Source: Schmidtea polychroa
Lineage: Eukaryota
Length of the DNA stretch: 64,000 nucleotides
Assembly (NCBI GenBank): GCA_044892525.1
Contig: CM097885.1
Location: 36,272,001 to 36,336,000 of the forward strand
Reading direction: 5' to 3'
Within the stretch, counting starts at the first letter, position 1. The number at the start of each line of letters is the position of its first letter. This document shows positions 59,201 to 64,000 of the stretch, one piece after another. Under the pieces are notes generated by a model. It saw nothing but the letters and a program-made list of their open reading frames with translations, made no database searches and was not told the origin of the DNA. Position numbers and translations under genes: made by a program.

Positions 59201-62200
59201 TAGAAGAAATATCAATAAAATTAAAAGAATTTCTAGATGTGGACCAAATACTAGTTAAAAATGAAATCCTTAACTTAAAATGCGACGTATTTTTGAAATC
59301 AAGAACTTGTTCTCAAAGGTTATTGGGATTTACTCTGTAACGAAAAATATCCATGTTTCTGGAGATTTGCGGCATATTTAACAACTTTTTTTGGTTCTAC
59401 TTACCTCTGTGAAACAACATTTTCTATTATGAATGCAATCAAAACAAAACATCGCTCCCGTTTGACAGATGATCATTTGGCAGCATATGAACCACAATAT
59501 GATATACTTGCCGAAAATATGCAATATCAAGTTTCCAGCGCGTTCTTTGATACGACCTAAATAATAAAGTTCATATTTACAAGCACATTGTTTGCATTAA
59601 TAAAAATAAAATAAAAAAACATATTGTTTTATTAATTTCTGTTATTAAAATAACTTGATATTGAATAGGTATTGATATTATCTATGTTTATATGAAATTT
59701 AAACATATTTTTTGCTATAAATTACTACTTTTCGGTATTAGTCGACCGCCGGCAATAATTTTAGAAGCAAGTCGTCCGTGGTCATCAAAGGTTTGGCCAC
59801 CCCTGATATATATCATGTAGTATCTAAATTCTAGATGTACTAACAGTCGATAAAGATTCAAAAAAAGTTTATTTGACAGTTTATTAACACATTTTTGTTT
59901 TGATAATCATTATTATCTTGTTCAACTATAGTTTTTATCAGAAATTGTAATTTTGTGATATAGATTTAAATTGTTAATTAGGATCAGTTTTTTTGGGCGA
60001 AGACAATCGAAATACTTCGAATACGATTTCTAAAATCGTAGCTCGAGGCATCCAATCTTTATCTGGAAAGTGCACTTATTTTGGGAAAATTACAACACCG
60101 CAACTTCATTTTCTGGTTCGAAAACAAGTAAAATAGTGATTCGGAATGTTTTTTTGTATATTAATTATGACAGAATAATCTTGAATCAGGCAAATCCATT
60201 ACAAATATATATTCATACTTTCACCAGATTTGTGGAAGCTTTGAACGATTGATATATCCAGAAAAGATTATTTGCAATTCTTCTCTTTATGTCGATTGCG
60301 CTAATGGAATCGGTGCAAAGCATTTATCATCTATTATACAGTTTCTCCAGCCTCATTTAAATTATATCCACGTTTGCAATTCAGATCCAACTGGAAATAT
60401 TATCAATTTGAAATGTGGTGCCGATTTCATTAAGGTTTTATCAGAAATATTTCATTTTCATTGAAATTTCTTTATTTGTTTGTTTTTTGTTGCTTTTTAA
60501 TTCATTTTTACCTTCTCAATCAAATATTAACTTTTTTGTTATTATTTATCGTTTCGTTGACACATGAATCTTTTTCTTATTTACATTTATATTTTATTAA
60601 ATAAATATTCAATTTAGTCAAAAATGCAATTCCCCACTATACACAATGGTGATATTTGCGATATTAATGAAGATGACCGGTGGGCCAGTATTGATGGAGA
60701 TGCGGATAGATTGATTTATTTTTTCAAAAAAAACGGGGTAATTTTAAATTAATTTTATTAATTAATTTTGATTTTTATAAGCTCATAAATTTAATTATTT
60801 ATGTTGGGTTATTGGGTTGGTGACAATGTTTGTAAATTCAAACTTTTACTCTGAATTATACATAAAATCAAAGAGGCTTTTTTTAGTAGTGTGTAAAAAC
60901 TTATCTGTTGGTTATCTGTATATTTCGGTTTCAAAATCCTTAAGAGTCCTTTCCACCTACATAAGTAGATATTTAATGTACTAAATTTTGCTCCTCTTCA
61001 CATTGACTTGTCGTAATGGCTTCATGCTCTATATAAAAAAATTACTGAGCCTCAAATTTACTTAGCCTGATGGTCCACTGATTCATATAGAAAAAGCCTG
61101 ATCCAAAAATAGATCTCTATAGTCAGAGTTTTACATTGACATAAAACTCTGTGTTATTTAGTGAGGTTTAAAATTTAACGCAAAGGAAGTCTGAGGCCAT
61201 AATACTCTCTTACTATAATCAGAGTTTCCCATGGACTTAAAAATTATTGCTCTATACTTTAGTAACTATAGTGTGACCAAGAAAACTAATTGAATAATAT
61301 GTAATATAATATTTTAATTGAACTTACATAATCCGGAATTAATTACCTAATCTTGGTGGGAGGGGCACTGAGATTGGTGCACATTAATTACATCCTTACA
61401 TATTCGAAATTGGAAAACAATTATGTACTTAATCCACTATATAGAGCCGTAACAAGGCATTATTGCGCCCTGTGCGATTCGTATATCTGGCGCCCCCAAT
61501 ACGCGAATTCAAAACACCCCTACTATAATAATTATTGTGCTGAATCGAAAAATCACATTGATTTTGTTTAGTGAGGTCAATTTCTTTATATGGCACCACA
61601 TGAACGTTTTACGTGTCTATGCTTGCCATCGATATAATAGTAAATGAGATATCTATGCGTTTTAACTCTAGATTCTAGTTGGATATTTTATTTATTCAAT
61701 TTTTGTTGCAATGAAAAGATGGCTTCAGGTAGAAAATCTTGTAAAAATAAACCTGACGTATTTTGCTACATATATTGTGAATACACTCTTATGCAAACAG
61801 GAACCCAGTCACCAACTTTGTAAAGTGTGTTTATCATCATATTTCGGTATGAAGCTGGGTGATCAAGATAAACTTTGGGCACGTCACATGATATGTAAGA
61901 TCTGCATAGAGCATCTTCGTCAGTGGAGCAAAGGAACAAGGAGTTCTTTGGAATTTGGAATACCTATGGTTTGGAGAGAACCTTCCAACCATGAAACTTC
62001 TGTGTCATTGATGTAACAGGAATAATCAAGAAAAACCGGAGCTGCCTCAAATATCTTGATCTGGAATGTGCACGTCGTCCTATGCCCCACTATACCCCAA
62101 GGAACTATGAAGAACTTGTTACCAAGATGCAAACTACTTTTAGAAACCTTGAATACAACATGAGCATCAAAATACACTACTTTTTCTCCCATTTGAGTTC

Positions 62201-64000
62201 GTTTCCTGAGTATCTTGGATCAATAAGTGACGAACAGGGGGAGAGGTTCCATCAATACCTGAAAGAGGTGGAGACAAGGTATCAAGAGCGTTGTGATTCA
62301 GTAACGATCTCTTATTCCTGCTGGACCTTGAAAAAAAGACGTCCCTTTTGTTAATTTTTCAAGGACTTACAAGAAACTCAAGTTCAAGCCATTAATTTGT
62401 TACCATGATGCTGAAAAACATCAGCTTCTGTAACTTTTTGATATAATATGTTAAGAAATACAAGGTTCTTGTTGAAATCAGATATCTGATTTCCGACTTT
62501 CTAATGATTTCTTTAAAATCGAGTTAGCAGGAAAACATTACTTGATACAGAAAAATGGGTATCATTCTTAGATTCAGCTTTGCCAAATTACTATAAATCA
62601 GTTAAAAAAGACACCAGACCAAAAAAAATTTTTTGTAGACCAGTGTAATTATAATGTTCATGTTAAGATTGTAAACTATGTATTCATCTCAAGCTATTAT
62701 AATAGGTAGGAATGCTCTTAAAAATCGGTTGCTAATTGAAAAAATGACAGGAATCCATTTTGTGGATTAAGATTTTACAAAATACACACATACGATGGCA
62801 CGCTAATGAGCCAGTCCAACCAGTAATGTTAAAGATAGACTATCTAGGGTGTCGTTTTTTTTCGTGCATGGCATTTGATAAAATTTTTTATTTTTTAATA
62901 ACATTAAAAAAATGTTACATCCCAATTTTGCGCCCCTTTCAGATGTGCGTCCTGTGTGACTGCGCCGCTAGCATCACCCTTGTTACGGCCTTGCCACTAT
63001 GTACTTAATATTGAAATGAAGCATATTTACATAAATTAGGAACATCACAATTCAAAACCAAGGAAGATATGATCAAGTTATTTTAGACGTTTAGCAAAAT
63101 TCGAGATATTATTATTATTATTATTTTCAAATTATTCACAAAGCGAAGAAAGTAAAACGTGACATAAAGTGGAGGGAATAAAACATAAGAAAATTGCATG
63201 AATATAATACTAAATCAATTATTATTATCATAATAATAATTATATGTTGATCTAATAAATTATCTATCTGCAATTTAAATCAATTTATAAAATAAATTTT
63301 CATTTTGTTTAGAAATTATGTATATTGGATGGCGATAAACAGGCAGTTTTAATATCCAAATTTTTAAAAGAACTTCTAGAGAGTATAGGTTATTGGAATC
63401 CTGAAGATATCAAATTGGGAGTTGTTCAAACTGCATATGCTAATTTTAATTGTACTAAGACCTTAATTGAAAATATTGGTGTTCCAGTAGTTTGTGTCCC
63501 AACCGGTGTCAAATACTTACATCACACCGGAAAGGAGTTAGACATAAGAATTTATTTCGAGGTAATTTCTTGCAATATATAGCATATCATTACTTATAAC
63601 ATAACATTACTTCTAGACTAATGGTCATGGCTCTATATTATTATCAAAAAGAGCTAGAATTTTTCTTAACAAATACCTTGATTCAGAACATCCTTTGAGA
63701 TTTATACTATTGAATGGACTGATTAATGAAGCCGTTGGTGACTCATTTTCAATTTTGTTATTAATTGAACATATTCTTTCGTGTTCTAATTTGTCACTAA
63801 ATTCTTGGTTTGATATGTATCATGATTTTCCATCATCTTTGCTTCAAGTTCAGATAAGAGATCGTCGGGCTATATCAACAACAAATTGTGAGAGAACTGT
63901 GTCAAGGCCAGCTAAATTGCAACAAAATATTAATGAGAAAATGTTGGAATTTAGTAAAGAGTTTATGTCACGAGTATTCGTTAGACCTTCTGGAACTGAA
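50219..64000 (+). CDS. PGM3: Phosphoacetylglucosamine mutase-like, paralogue 2 (3' end beyond the window)
   Basis: Exons 50219-50386, 50428-50632, 59982-60127, 60174-60434, 60618-60737, 63313-63561 and 63617->64000; all GT-AG, in phase, no stops. Motifs YGTAG, TASHN, TTPQLH, DCANGIG, CGADFIK, DGDADR, QTAYAN, YFETNGHG and RPSGTE. Confidence 0.9.
51262..53690 (-). mobile_element. Degenerate Ty3/Gypsy LTR retrotransposon internal region
   Basis: Gag Cys/His motif CIYH..FG....KC..GC; RT motifs ([32 protein letters not shown]); RNase H (TDAS, FTDHKPL); integrase GPF tail ([11 protein letters not shown]). Many frameshifts, and the integrase core is deleted. Confidence 0.88.
53690..54443 (+). pseudogene. 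3' half of a Charlie/GTF2IRD2-type hAT transposase; probable right terminus at about 56540-56602
   Basis: [23 protein letters not shown]...[24 protein letters not shown]. Confidence 0.85.
54556..56256 (+). mobile_element. Internally deleted Charlie-type hAT transposon
   Basis: TIRs CAACGGTGGGCA / TGCCCACCCTTG and 8-bp TSD TAATATAA (54548-55, 56257-64). BED finger and LALDESTD are fused directly to C-terminal [12 protein letters not shown] near 55650. Confidence 0.88.
57215..59805 (+). mobile_element. Full-length but degenerate Charlie/GTF2IRD2-type hAT transposon
   Basis: TIRs CAGGGGTAGCCAAA / TTTGGCCACCCCTG and 8-bp TSD ATATATAT. Motifs [28 protein letters not shown] and FGSTYLCE. Several stops and frameshifts. 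Confidence 0.92.
61442..62993. mobile_element. hAT-type MITE with a nested Chapaev3-like fragment
   Basis: TIRs TAGAGCCGTAACAAGG / CCTTGTTACGGCCTTG, TSD CCACTATA/CCACTATG, and GCGCCC subterminal motifs. Confidence 0.78.
61700..62645 (+). mobile_element. Internally deleted Chapaev3-like (CMC superfamily) transposon fragment
   Basis: Motifs [18 protein letters not shown]...[13 protein letters not shown] and MSIKIH...[18 protein letters not shown]. Right end ...CAGTG followed by TAA; left end not resolved. Confidence 0.72.

Overview
AT-rich eukaryotic genomic window, most likely from an invertebrate animal. This is inferred from spliceosomal introns, a p62-like gene and metazoan-type transposons; the species cannot be identified from the sequence. 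Host genes: a two-exon p62/SQSTM1-like gene (PB1-ZZ-UBA, minus strand, 12104-18402) and two tandem, diverged phosphoacetylglucosamine mutase (PGM3) paralogues (25481-50040 complete; 50219->64000 runs off the window). Their introns are either about 40-55 nt or kilobases long and packed with transposons (Tigger/pogo, several hAT, piggyBac and MULE MITEs, Helitron, Gypsy, Chapaev3). The most striking object is a 6.4-kb Polinton/Maverick-derived element (1627-8019) with AGTAGT...ACTACT ends and a 6-bp ATTATT target-site duplication. It is almost entirely a palindrome: two near-identical inverted copies of a protein-primed DNA polymerase B gene with complementary deletions and no integrase, capsid or ATPase genes. 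Its terminal repeats are far more diverged than the internal arms, and the polymerase gene contains host-sized GT-AG introns. No rRNA, tRNA or CRISPR arrays were recognised. All alignments were done by eye.
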